Below are positions 50,101 through 61,395 of a stretch of 64,000 nucleotides of DNA, in pieces (within the stretch, counting starts at the first letter, position 1; each line of letters starts with the position of its first letter). The DNA is from Chiloscyllium plagiosum (Eukaryota). Location of the stretch: contig NC_057751.1 of assembly GCF_004010195.1 (NCBI RefSeq), forward strand, positions 12,540,908-12,604,907. Reading direction: 5' to 3'. Below the pieces are notes generated by a model. That model did not search any database. It saw only the letters and a list, made by a program, of their open reading frames with translations, and had not been told where the DNA came from. Both the position numbers and the translations under genes were made by a program.

Positions 50101-52564
50101 TCATAAGGAGATTTCAGTTATCTATAAGAATAATAGGGTGGTTATGGTAGGGGATTTTAAATTTCCAAACATAGACTGGGACTGCCGTTGTGTTAAGGGT
50201 TTAGATGGGGATGAATTTGTTAAGTGCATACAAGAAACTTTTCTGATTCAGTATGTGGATGTACCTACTAGAGAAGGTGCAAAACTTGACCTGTTCTTGG
50301 GAAATAAGGCAGGGCAGGTGACTGAGGTGTCAATGGGGGAGCACTTTGGGGTCAGCGACAATAATTCTATTAGTTTTTAAATAATGATGGAAAAAGATAG
50401 ACCAGATCTAAAAGTTGAAGTTCGAAATTGGAGGAAGGCTAATTTTGATAGTATTAGGCAAGAACTTTCAAAAGCTGATTGGGGACAGATGTTCGCAGAT
50501 AAAGGGATGCCTGGAAAATGGGAAGCCTTCAGAAATGAGATAACGAGAGTTCAGAGACAGTATATTCCTGTTAGGGTGAAAGGAAAGGCTGGAAGGTATA
50601 GGGAATGCTTGATGACTAAAGAAATTGAGGGTTTGGTTATGAAAAAGAAGGTAGCATATGTCAGGTATAGACAGGAGAGAGCGAGTGAATACTTAGAAGA
50701 GTATAAAGGCAGTAAAAGTAACTTTAAGAGGGAAGTCAGGAGGGTAAAAAGGGGAACATGAGATAGCTTTGGCAAATAGGATTAAGGAGTATCCAGAGAG
50801 TTTTTATAAATATATTAAGGACAAAAGGGTAACTAGGAAGAGAGTAGGGCCCCTCAAAGATCAGCAAGGCGTCCTTTGTGTGGAGCTGCAGGAGAAGGGG
50901 CAGATACTAAATGAGTATTTTGCATCAGTATTTAATGTCGAGAAGGACCTGGAAAATATAGAATGTAGGGAAATAGATGGTGCCATCTTGGAAAATGTCC
51001 ACATTACAGAGGAGGAAATGCTGGATGTCTTGAAACACATAAAGGTGAATAAATCCCCAAGACCAGATCAGGTGTACCCTAGAACTCTGTGCGAAGCTAG
51101 GGCAGTGATTGTTGGGCCCTTGCTGAGATATTTTTATCATCAATAATCACAGGTGAGGTACTAGAAGACTGGAGATTGGCTAATGTGGTGCCACTATTGA
51201 GAAAGGTGGTAAGGACAAGCCAGGGAACTGTAGACTGGTGTGCCTGACATCGGTGGTGGGCAAGTTGTTGGAGGGAATCCTGAGGGACAGGATTTACAGG
51301 TATTTGGAAAGGCAAGGACTGATTAAGGATAGTCAACATGGCTTTGTGCATGGGAAATCCTGATCCACCAACTTGATTGACTTTTTTGAAGTAATGAAGA
51401 AGATTGATCAGGGCAGAGCTGTGGACATGATCTGTATGGACTTCAGTAAGGCGTTCGACAAGGTTCCCTATGGAAGACTGGTTAACAAGATTAGATCTCA
51501 TGGAATACAGGCAGAACTCGCCATTTGGATACAGAACTGACTCAAAGGTAGAAGACAGAGGGTGGTGGTGGAGAATTGTTTTTCAGACTGGAGGCCAGGA
51601 ATTTTTATGATTACGGGTCCACTACTTTTTGTCAAATATATAAATGATTTGGATGTGAACATAGGAGGCATAGTTAGTAAGTTTGCAGATGACACCAAAA
51701 TTGGAGATGTAGTGGATTGTCAAGAAGGTTACCTCAGATTACAATGGGATCTTGATCAGTTGGGCCAATGGGATGAGAAGTGGCAAATGGAGTCTAATTT
51801 AGATAAATGCGAGGTGTTGCTTTGTGGGAAAGCAAATCTTACCCAGACTTATACGCTTATTGGTAAGGTCCTAGGGAGTGTTGCTGAACAAAGAGACCTT
51901 GGAGTGCAAGTTCATAGCTCCTTGAAAGTAGAGTCGCAGGAAGAATAGATAGTGAAAAAGGCATTTGGTATGCTTTCCTTTATTGGTCAGAGTTGCGGCT
52001 GTACAGGACGTTGGTTAGGCCACTTTTGGAATATTGCGTGCAATTCTGGTCTCCTTCCTATTGGAAGGGTGTTGTGAAACTTGAATGGGTTCAGAAAAGA
52101 TTTCCAAGGACGTTACCAGGTTGGAGGATTTGAGTTATAGGGAGAGGCTGAACAGGCTGGGACTGTTTTCCCCGGAGTGTTGGAGGGTGAGGGGTAACCT
52201 TATAGAGGTTTATAAAATCATGATAGGGTTAATAGACAAGGTCTTTTCCCTGGGGTGGGGGAGTCCAGAACTAGAGGGAATAGGTTAAAGGTGAGACAGG
52301 AAAGATATAAAATAGACCTAAGGGGTAACGTTTTCATGCAGAGTGTGTTGCGTGTATAGAATGGGCTGCCAGAGGAAATGGTGGAGGCTAGAACGATTGG
52401 AACATTTAAAAGACATCTGGATGGGTGAATGAATAGGTAGGGTTTGGAGGGATGTGGGTTGGGTGCTGGCAAGTGGGACTAGATTAGATTGGGATATCTG
52501 GTCCACATGAATGAATTGGACCGAAGGGTCTGTTTCCATGCTGTACATCTCTATGACTCTATGA
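50101..52564 (+). mobile_element. Long CR1 LINE (HER1-like): part of APE endonuclease, RT and 3' tail; multiple stops and frameshifts
   Basis: VMVGDFKFPNIDW...QYVDVPTREGAKLDLFL...EHFGVSDNNSISF (APE); YINDLD...SKFADDTK (RT); CTCTATGACTCTATGA tail. Confidence 0.95.
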
Positions 52565-53233
52565 ATACAACAAATTAACAGAATTGCAATTGAACCCTGT
52601 GTTTGCATTGATTTAATAAACTAAGTGATTAAAACGGTCAATTTTGCACTTTAGCAAGTGTGTTAGCTTACTTTGCTGGCAGGCACTCTGACCACAGTGG
52701 ATATTCTGTGACCTTAATGAAGGAATAGAGAATATGCTGCTTCCTAGTCTGAAGCAAGCAGCACCCAGAGATTTTGATTAATGTCTGACCCTGAATATGG
52801 TTGTGTTAGCCAATAGCCTTTTACGTTCATAAGCCAAGGAGAGGAAGGTAGGCCAGAGTTCATACTCCTGATTCCTGTCCATTGATTTATGTATCACTTT
52901 CTACACATTGATTGTGTCCAAAGAGTTTGCACCTAATGAATTGCTGTCTGTATCTTATTCTGAAGGAAGCTGCAGTGAACAAATTTTACAATGCAAGACC
53001 TGAATGAGAGATCATGAATGTGGCCTTTGTAGGGAAGGATAATTGTGCCCTGAAATCAATGTCCTGAAGATTCTTGACCTGGAATTGAACAAAGGAGAAC
53101 TGCCTTTCCCCATTCATTACATTACTTTGAAAATCCCAACCTAAGTTGTCTGGATGGGATGTCATTTTAATGGACTGCACAGGAGAATTGTATTTGCAGG
53201 GGTGTTCGTACAGTATCAACTTTTTAGAATATT

Positions 53234-53517
53234 GTTAAAACTCACACAACACCAGGTTATAGTCCAACAGGTTTAATTGGAAGCACACTAGCTTTCGGAG
53301 CAATGCTCCTTCATCAGGTGATTGTGGAGGGCTCGATCGTAACACAGAATTTATAGCAAAAATTTGCAGTGTGATGTAACTGAAATTATACATTGAAGAA
53401 TTGATTGACTGTTAAGCCTTTCATCTGTTAGAATACAGTGATAGTTTCACTTCTTTCATGTGTAAATCACAAAATCCTTTTTTTAAAGTTGCATTCTCGG
53501 GTTAGCTGTTAACAATA
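53234..53517 (-). mobile_element. Penelope 3' end / pLTR (family 2) with 10-bp TSD TTAGAATATT
   Basis: First ~85 bp match 30339-30500; TSD 53224-53233 / 53518-53527. Confidence 0.82.
53286..53320 (-). ncRNA. Minimal hammerhead ribozyme, best-preserved copy
   Basis: Minus strand CAC-CTGATGA-A-GGAGC-ATT-GCTCC-GAA-AGCT-A-GTG: stem I CAC/GTG, 5-bp stem II, palindromic AGCT, CUA triplet. Confidence 0.85.
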
Positions 53518-54294
53518 TTAGAATATTCACATCGCACTCTGTGTCTGTGATGGTGGGAATGAGACTCAGGAAAAGACTGACAAAAATATAGTTTCTTCAC
53601 TCCTCTGCAAGCAGTTGGCTAAAAGTCCTCATGATGATCACTTACCTATCTTCAGTCACTAGTCCAAGGCTTTCTTATGGCAACAGCGAAACACATATAG
53701 TCAGGGTCTCCTTGGATCTATTGACTTGAAATCCTCTTGGGACAGCTTGGAATCCCATTGAGTTGGTTTCCAATCAATGGAACCAAATGCCCTGGTATGG
53801 CAACCTTTCCTAAAATCAGAACATTAGGGCCAATCCATTTTCTTAAAAATATTTTCAGTTCTCTGGTCAATTTGGAATTCTTAGCAATTGAATAAAGGCG
53901 CATGCCCTCCATGAATTAGATGACCAAGCTTTGTTATTATTTTTCTGCTTGGAGCAAAATGATTTTAAAAAAGGTAGCCACTTTCACTGTTTAAACTGGA
54001 TCACAAAATGTGGAAGTCACTCTTTAATGGTTGGCATTCTTCACATTTTACCATGCATCTGACTTCTCCTCCACTCCCTGAAAGTGCTGGCTTTTACTGG
54101 GACATGCCACAAATGGCTCACTCAATGGTTCTTTCTTCAGCAAGAGACTTCTGATGCCTGTATATAACACAGCCAGCAACAATGGCTGCCTTGTACCAAC
54201 ATTGTTGGGTTCCAACAGACCAGTGAATAAACACTTTCCTGAACCTGAGGCTTCAAAGGTTACATTATGTAGAGAGCTTATTTTCATTTGTCAC

Positions 54295-54640
54295 TTGGGG
54301 CTCAGTTGACAGTGCACCTGTGTTAAAGTTACAAGGTTCTTGGTTCAAGTCCACACTCCAGAGAGTGGTACAAATATCCAGTGCTTCTGGAAAGGGAGTA
54401 TTTGAATATCAGAAGATGCTGTCTTTCTGTTGAGATGTTTAACTGATGGCATTCAGGTAATTATAAATGATCCGATGGTACTCTTTACATGAAAAATAAG
54501 GGACTTATTCTTCTATCTCCAAGACAATAGTTACTCCTCATTTGAAAAAACAAATTGCATTGTTGTTTTTTTTCTGTGTGCAAATTATTGCTGTACTTGG
54601 TCAAACTATACAGCGGCTCTGCAAAAAGCAACTCCTTAAA
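54295..54640 (+). mobile_element. SacSINE1/DeuSINE-like SINE
   Basis: GGCTCAGTTGACAG...GGTTCAAGTCC.CACTCCAGAGA head; TCAGAAGATGCTGTCTTTCTGTTGAGATGTT core. Confidence 0.55.
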
Positions 54641-55295
54641 TTGGAATGAAACACTTGAGACAAATGGTGCTCATGAAAACCTGTGTACAAATGCATAACA
54701 TTAATCCTTTACAGAAAATTTCAGAATTATTTAATTGAGACTTTTCAGATTCCAAAATAAGTTGATATGTTTGTTCCAAAAATATATTCTTTGACTCATC
54801 AGAGAACCTGAAGATAAAAGACATAACTTTAAAATCAGAGACACGTAGTTCAATTGAGAAATTAGAAAAAGATGCTAAAAAGGTGGAAATCTGTCTCCAA
54901 AAAGTAGTTAATGTGAGTTAAATTAATGATTTTGAATCAAAGACTGAAGCATTTTTGCTAACCATGGGTATAAAATAAAGTGTTATGGAGCATAGACAGG
55001 TAGGTGGAATTACAACACTGTGTGATTTTGCGGAATCTTGCATAACAAGGTCAAGAAGCTGAATGACGTCTTCCTGTTCTGATGTTCTGAAGCCACAATG
55101 AATAGGGCCCTGAGCAAACTCTCAGATGGACACTGAACTTTTCATATAACCATGGAAATATTACAGTACAGAACAGAGGCCATTCAGCCCATCGTGGCTG
55201 CATAAGCACACTGCCCATTCTCATCACATTTGCAAGCACTTTGCAGTGTTCAGCCTCACTGACGTAAACAGGCTTCTGCCACAACCACCAAACTG

Positions 55296-55435
55296 GTCAG
55301 GAACAAGCCTAGAAGAACACTGCCTGGAAGAACACAGCCTGGAAGGCCAGGCAGCGTCAGGAGGTGGAGAAGCCGAAGTTTTGGGTGTAACCCTTCTTCA
55401 GGTCCTGGATTCCAGCATCAGCAGTTTTTTTGTCT
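55296..55435. mobile_element. Penelope pLTR-derived mini-insertion (family 4) with 14-bp TSD CAACCACCAAACTG
   Basis: TSD 55282-55295 / 55436-55449; decayed minus-strand hammerhead CTGAAGA-A-GGGT-TAC-ACCC-AAA-ACTT-C near 55375-55401; short oppositely oriented terminus TCCAGCATC.GCAG. Confidence 0.75.
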
Positions 55436-55544
55436 CAACCACCAAACTGAGCAGTGAATTCCAGACCCCACCACCCACTGGACCCACGTCCCCGCTCATC
55501 CTTCTACTAATCACCCTAACCCTATGCCCCCTGTCCCATCAATA

Positions 55545-56180
55545 TCCTCGGGTAGCCACTGACCAGAAACTGATTTGGACCAGCCAAAGGAATACTGTGG
55601 CTGGAAGAGCAACAAGGAACTCACCTACTGACTCCCAAAACCTGTCCGCCATCCATAAGGCACAGGTCAGGAGTGTGATGGAATACTTAGCACTTGTCTC
55701 AATGAGTGCAGCTTCAGCTACATTCAAGAAGTTTGACACCATCCAGGGCAATGCAGATTAATTGATTGGTATCCCATTCAAATTCTTTAAAATTAAACCC
55801 CTCCATCACTGTTGCACAGTGGCAGCAGTACATCTATACAAGATGCAATGTAGGAACTCAGCAAAGCTCTTTGAACAGAACATTTCAAACCTGTAACCTC
55901 CACCACTCAGAAGGATAAGGGCAGCAGACAAAAGAGCAACACCAGCATCTGCAAGTTCCTCTCAAGCCACACACAACTCTAATATCTTGTTGGTCCTTTA
56001 TTGTTGCTGAATCAAAGTCACAGAACTCCGTTCCTCACAGCAATGTGACTGTACCTGCACCAGATGAGGTGGTTTCAAGAAGGTGACTCACCACCAACTT
56101 CTCAATAGATAATTGGGATCGGCAACAAATGTTGATCTTGTCAGCAATACCCACATGACATGAAGGAAGTTTAAAAAAAA
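55545..56180 (+). mobile_element. Old CR1/L2-group LINE 3' portion
   Basis: DQKLIWTS..NTVA.RA...LSAIHKAQVRSVMEY...MSAASATFKKFDTIQ; ends in an A-run. Confidence 0.75.
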
Positions 56181-57108
56181 GCAGAAGGTGAAATAACAAA
56201 AGCCTCATTCATTGTAAATTACCAGCAATGACAATGGATGTATTTACAAAGCAGTGATCTCACCTTGATACCCAGGTGATAAACTACCAGAACACAGATT
56301 TATCAGTCATCAAAACCTTAACTTCAGATTCTTACCTCAGCACCATGTCGTTTGAATGAACTGCATTTAGAAGCTGCAGGGTACTATTGTTGTGTTTTCA
56401 TTTTCTGTGTTCGTAGCAGTTATTAGGAAATATATCCATTTGATGCACAATGACACCCACACAAAAGTTTAACAATCTCTTTGTATTTATCCAGTGATAA
56501 TATGCTGTTGATTATAGGAACAATCCATTCTGAGTGGCTCAGACAAATACCTGCCAAGAGCAAATAAACTGTACTCCAAATGTCATTTTTTTCCAAAACT
56601 ATGGTGTTTGTAAATTACAGGGGTTTGTTCCTATCACTTACCAATTTTTGATGGAAGTATAATCCAAGAAAGAAAACCTATTTTCAAGTGATACAAAATG
56701 GGATCAAAAGATGTTTTTTTTACAATGGCAGAGATGCTGTAATTTACTCCTTTGATCTGGCCAAAGGAGGGCTGATGATTCCTGCTCTGGTGCTGTCCAT
56801 TAATCTTGTTGAAAGTCTGATTGGTCAGGGTTGCAATGTCTCACAATTGTTAGATAACCTTGGATAATTATCATTGGTTATACCCTCCATTGTCTACCCA
56901 TTGCAGATCAGTTCCATAGATGCTGGGCATTCAGTGATGATCTAAACCCTCATATGAAAATATGATCTGGTTTGCAAAGAAGGCATTCAGTCCATTGTGC
57001 CTGTGCTCTGTCTTTGATCAATTTGTCCCATTTCCCAGTTCTTTCCATATCACCCAGTGATGTTTTCTTCCTTCATTTATTGAACCAGTGCTCTTTAAAA
57101 TGAGGTAA

Positions 57109-57468
57109 AAACTCCCCCTCCCACTCTGCCGAGGACATGGAGGTCCTGGGCCTCCTTCACCGCCGCTCCCTCACCACCAGACGCCTGGAGGAAGAACGCC
57201 TCATCTTCCGCCTCGGAACACTTCAACCCCAGGGCATCAATGTGGACTTCAACAGCTTCCTCATTTCCCCTTCCCCCACCTCATCCTAGTTTCAAACTTC
57301 CAGTCCCCTTGACTTGTCCGGACTTGTCCGACCTGCCTAGCTCCTTTTCTACCTATCCACTCCACCCTCTCCTCCCTGACCTATCACCTACATCCCCTCC
57401 CCCACTCACCCATTGTACTCTATGCTACCATCTCCCCACCCCCACCCTCCTCTCACTTATCTCTCCAC
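57109..57468 (+). mobile_element. Penelope-like fragment: GIY-YIG C-terminus and C-rich 3' region
   Basis: SPSHSAEDMEVLGLLHRRSLTTRRLEEERLIFRLGTLQPQGINVDFNSF; homologous to the reverse complement of 57840-57985. Confidence 0.88.
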
Positions 57469-57514
57469 GTTGTTCTTTTTCACTCTAGTTTCTTTGTCGA
57501 TATCTAACAGTACT

Positions 57515-60180
57515 TCAAAGAGTGTGGTGCTGGAAAAGCACAGCCGGGTAGGCAGCATCCGAGGAGCAGGAGTGTCAATGTTTCGAGCATAAGCTCTTCG
57601 TCAGGAATGAGGGGATGGCCCAAGGGGTCTGAGCGATAAATGGGAGGGGGGATGGGCTGGAGGGGAAGGTAGCTGGGAATGCAATAGTTACGTGAAGGTG
57701 GGGATGAAGGTGATAGGTCGGAGAGGAGGGTGGAGTGGATAGGTGGGAAAGAAAATGGACAGATAGGACAGTTCAAGAGGGTGGTGTCGAGTTGGAGGGT
57801 TGGATCTGGGATAAGGTGGGTGAACAGGAAAAGGGAAAACTGCTGAAATCCACATTGATTCTGTGGGGTTGGAGGCCCCAAGGTGAAAGATGAGGTGCTC
57901 TTCCTCCAGGCGTCGAGTGGCTAGAGTTTAGTGGTGGAGGAGGCCCAGGACTTCCATGTCCTTGGCAGAGTGGGAGGGGGAGTTAAAGTGTTCGGCCGCA
58001 GGGAAGTGGTATTATTTAGTGCGTGTGTCTTCGACATGTTCTCTGAAATGTTCTGCAAGTTGGCGTCCTGTCTCCCCAATGTAGAGGAGACCACATCGAG
58101 AGTAACCGACACAGTGGAAGTTCAGGTTAATCTTTGTCAGATGTGGAAGGATCCTTGGATGGAGGTGAGGGGGAAGGTGTGGGCGCTGGTTTTACAATTC
58201 TTGCAGTGGCAGGGGAAGGTGCCAGGAATGGAGGGTGTGTCGGTAGGAGGCGTGAACCTAACAAGGGAGTTACGGAGGGAATGGTCTCTCCAGAACACAT
58301 ATAGGGGTGGGGACGAAAATATGTCCCTGGTGGTGGGGTCTGTTTGTAGGTGGCGGACATGGTGGAAGATGATGCAATGTATCTGGAGGTTGGTGGGGTG
58401 GGAGGTGAGGACCGGGGAGGGGTTTAGTCCTTGTTGCGATTGGAGAGGTGGGGTTCAAGGACGGAGGTGCGGCAAGTGGAGGAGATACATTGGAGGGCAT
58501 CTTCAACTGTGTGAGAGGGGAAATTGTGGTCTTTGAAGAAAGAGGCCATCTGGGATATTCTATAGTGGAATTGGTCTTCCTGGGAGCAGATGCGATGGAG
58601 GTGTAGGTGTTGGGGATAAGGGATATTATTTTTACTGGAGGCAGGCTGGGAGGAGGTGTAGTCCAGGTAGCTGTGGGATTCGATGGGTTTGTAGTAGCTG
58701 TTTGTGTTAAGTCGGTTGCCAGAAATGGAAACAGAGAGGTCCAGGAAAGGGAGGGAGGTTTCTGAGATAGTCCAAGTGAACTTGAGGTCAGGGTGGAAGG
58801 TGTTCGTGAAGTTGATGAATTGTTTAACCTCCTCATGAGAGCATGAGGTGGCACCAATACAGTCAGTGATGGAGCAGAGGAAAAGGTGGGGGATGGTGCA
58901 GGTGTAGCTGTGCAAGATGGACTGTTCCACGTACCCGACAAAGAGGCAGGCAAAGCTGGGGCCCATGTGGGTGCCCATGGCTATCCCTTTGGTCTGGAGG
59001 AAGTGGGAGGATTCGAAGGAAAAATTGTTGAGGGTGAGGACCAGTTCAGCCAATCGAATGACTGTGTCAGTGGAAGGGTAAAGGATGAGTCAGCGGGAGA
59101 GGAAGAAATAGAGGGCTTGGAAGCCTTGGATGATGGCAGATGGATGTGTACAGGGACTGGATATCCATGGTGAAGATGAGGTATTCGGGGACAGGGAAAC
59201 AAAAGTCATGAAGGAAGTGGAGGGCCTGGTTGGTATCCTGAACATATGTGGGGAGTTCCTGGGCCAAAGGGGACAGGATGGTGTCACAGTATGCAGAGAT
59301 AAGTTTGGTGGTGCAGGAGCAAACTGAGACGATGGGTCCACCAAGGCTATCAGGTTTCTGAATTTTTGGTAGGAGGTAGAACTGGGCTGTGCGGGGTTCC
59401 TGGACTATGAGGCTGGAGGTTGTTGATGGGAGATGCCTGAGGTGATGATTTTGTGGATGGTCTGGGAGATGATGATTTGGTGATGGGAGGTGAGGTCGTG
59501 GTCGAGGGGACTGTAGTAGGAGGTGTCCGTGAGTTGACGCCAGGCTTCAGTGGTGTAGAGGTTGGTGTGCCAAACTCCCATTGCGTCCCTCCCTTGTCTG
59601 CTGTTTTGATGTTGAGCTTGTGGTTGGAGCAGAGGGATTGGGGGGCTGCACGTTGACAGGGTGAGAGGTTGGTGTGGGTGAGGGGTTGGACAGATTGAGG
59701 CGGTCAATGTCACAGTGGCAGTTGGAAATGAAGAGATTGAGGGCGGATAACAGACCAGCACAGGGTGTTGAGGTGGATGGGGTGTGTTGGAGACAGGAGA
59801 AGGGGTCCTTGAAGAGTGGGTAGGAGTCCTGATGGAAAACGTAAGCATGGAGGCAGAGGCGGCGGAAGAAACATTCAATGTCGCAATGCGTGTTGAATTC
59901 ATTGATCCGAGAGCATAGGGGGATGAGGGTGAGGCCTTTACTGAGGACTGATCGTTCATCCTCAGTGAGGGGGAGATCTGGGATGATGGTTAAAAACATG
60001 GCAGGGCTGAGAGATAGGACCTGGTGTGGGGCTGGAGCTGGGAGTGTGGGGTGGAGACTGTCTCTGGAGTGGGTGTGGTTATGGGATTGTGGGTAATGTC
60101 ACCAACAGAAGTGATGTTCACCCTGGGGTCAGGAAGACAGAAGTGGTGCCTTCGGTGGGCTCCACGGGGGCGGAAATGAC
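57515..60180 (-). mobile_element. Large decayed Penelope-like element (PLE): RT + GIY-YIG endonuclease + pLTR
   Basis: LTEDERSVLSKGL (N-terminal); FTMDIQSLYTSI; ELVLTLNNFSF...LQTKGIAMG..MGPSFA.LF; catalytic YIDD decayed to SITD; LPFLDL; YYKP..SHSYLDY.S; RCGLLYIGETGRQLAEHFREH (YIG motif); frameshifts and stops. Confidence 0.95.
57575..57605 (-). ncRNA. Minimal hammerhead motif in the pLTR of the large PLE
   Basis: Minus strand TC-CTGACGA-A-GAGC-TTAT-GCTC-GAA-ACAT-T-GA; stem II GAGC/GCTC is compensatory relative to GGGC/GCCC. Confidence 0.72.
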
Positions 60181-60409
60181 ATAACTCTAAATCTAATCTT
60201 GAACTCTGTATCGATCATTGACATCCTTCTACAGGAAACAGTCTTTCCACATTTCTTCTCTTAAAACCACCACTAAATATCTCCTGAATGTGTTGAGTCC
60301 ACTCAGCACTGTTCGGTTAACATAACATAATAGATACCACAGCCAATTCTGATCTCACCAGACTTCTCAGGAGGTGGTGCCATGGTGAGACATTAATCTT
60401 GTAGCTGTG

Positions 60410-61395
60410 GCTCTCTGTTAGTATTGCCCTTGCCTTTTAAAATGGAAGATCACAAGTTCAAATCACATGCCAAAATCCTGAATTTTATATTCAGCTGACA
60501 CTTGAGTGCAATACTGAGAGAGTACTGTGTTCCTGGAACCTGCTGACTTTCAAATGTGGATAAATGAAGGACATGCCTTCTTGCCAGGTACACATAGAAT
60601 ATCTCATGGTATTGTTTCAAAGTAGTAATGTAAAAATGTAATAAGAATAAAAATAATGTTCACAATGACTCTTACCAATTTTATAGATGCAAATTAGAAA
60701 GCACCCTATCCAGATGCATCATAGCTTGGTATGGTCACTGCCTACCCAAAGACCACAATAAGTTATAGAGAGTTGTGAATGTAGCCCAGTCCATCACGAA
60801 AACCAGCTTTCTTTCCATTGACTCCATGTACATTTCCCACTGCCTTGGGAAAGCAGCCAACACAGTCAAAGACTCATCCCAACCCATTCCTACTCCCTTC
60901 CACCCTCTTTCATTGGGCAGAAGATACAAATATTTGAGAACACATGCCAGATTTAAGAACAGCTTCTTCCCCACTGTTATCAGACTTTAGAATAGACTTC
61001 TCATATATTAGAGTTGATCTTTGTCTACACCTTCACTGTAAATGTAACACTACATTCTGCCTTGTTTTCTATTACCCTGATGTGCTTAGATAAAGTATGA
61101 TATGTCTGGATTTTACACAAAACAACACTTTTCACTGTTTCTCAGTAGATGTGACAATAATAAATCCATCAAATCAGATCAGAGGAGTTTTCTCTTGGAT
61201 CCTGGCTAATTTTATGCAACAGCCAAACGAAGCATTTTATTTGGTAATTATCATTGTGGTGTTGGTGGGAGCTTTTGTGAATTTGGCAAACTGATTGTTG
61301 TATTTCTCTGATTTCAACAGTGACTACGCATTATTGGTTGTGAAGTGCTTTGGGAAATCTTGAGACCAAGAAAGACATAACATAACTGCAAGATT
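60410..61395 (+). mobile_element. SacSINE1/DeuSINE-like SINE split by the Rex1/Babar insertion
   Basis: Head and core at 60410-60625 (AAGTTCAAATC...GCTGACACTTGAGTGCAATACTGAG); continuation AGAGGAGTTTTCTC..GG.TCCTGGCTAAT...ATTGGTTGTGAAGTGCTTTGGGA from 61181. Confidence 0.55.
60655..61180 (+). mobile_element. Rex1/Babar-clade LINE 3' portion
   Basis: TLTNFYRC..ES.LS.CI.AWYG.C...D..KL.RVVNVAQSIT...SIDS.Y.S.CLGKAAN..KD...LGRRYK...RFKNSFFP.VIRL; ACAATAATAAA + (AAATC)-like tail. Confidence 0.85.
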
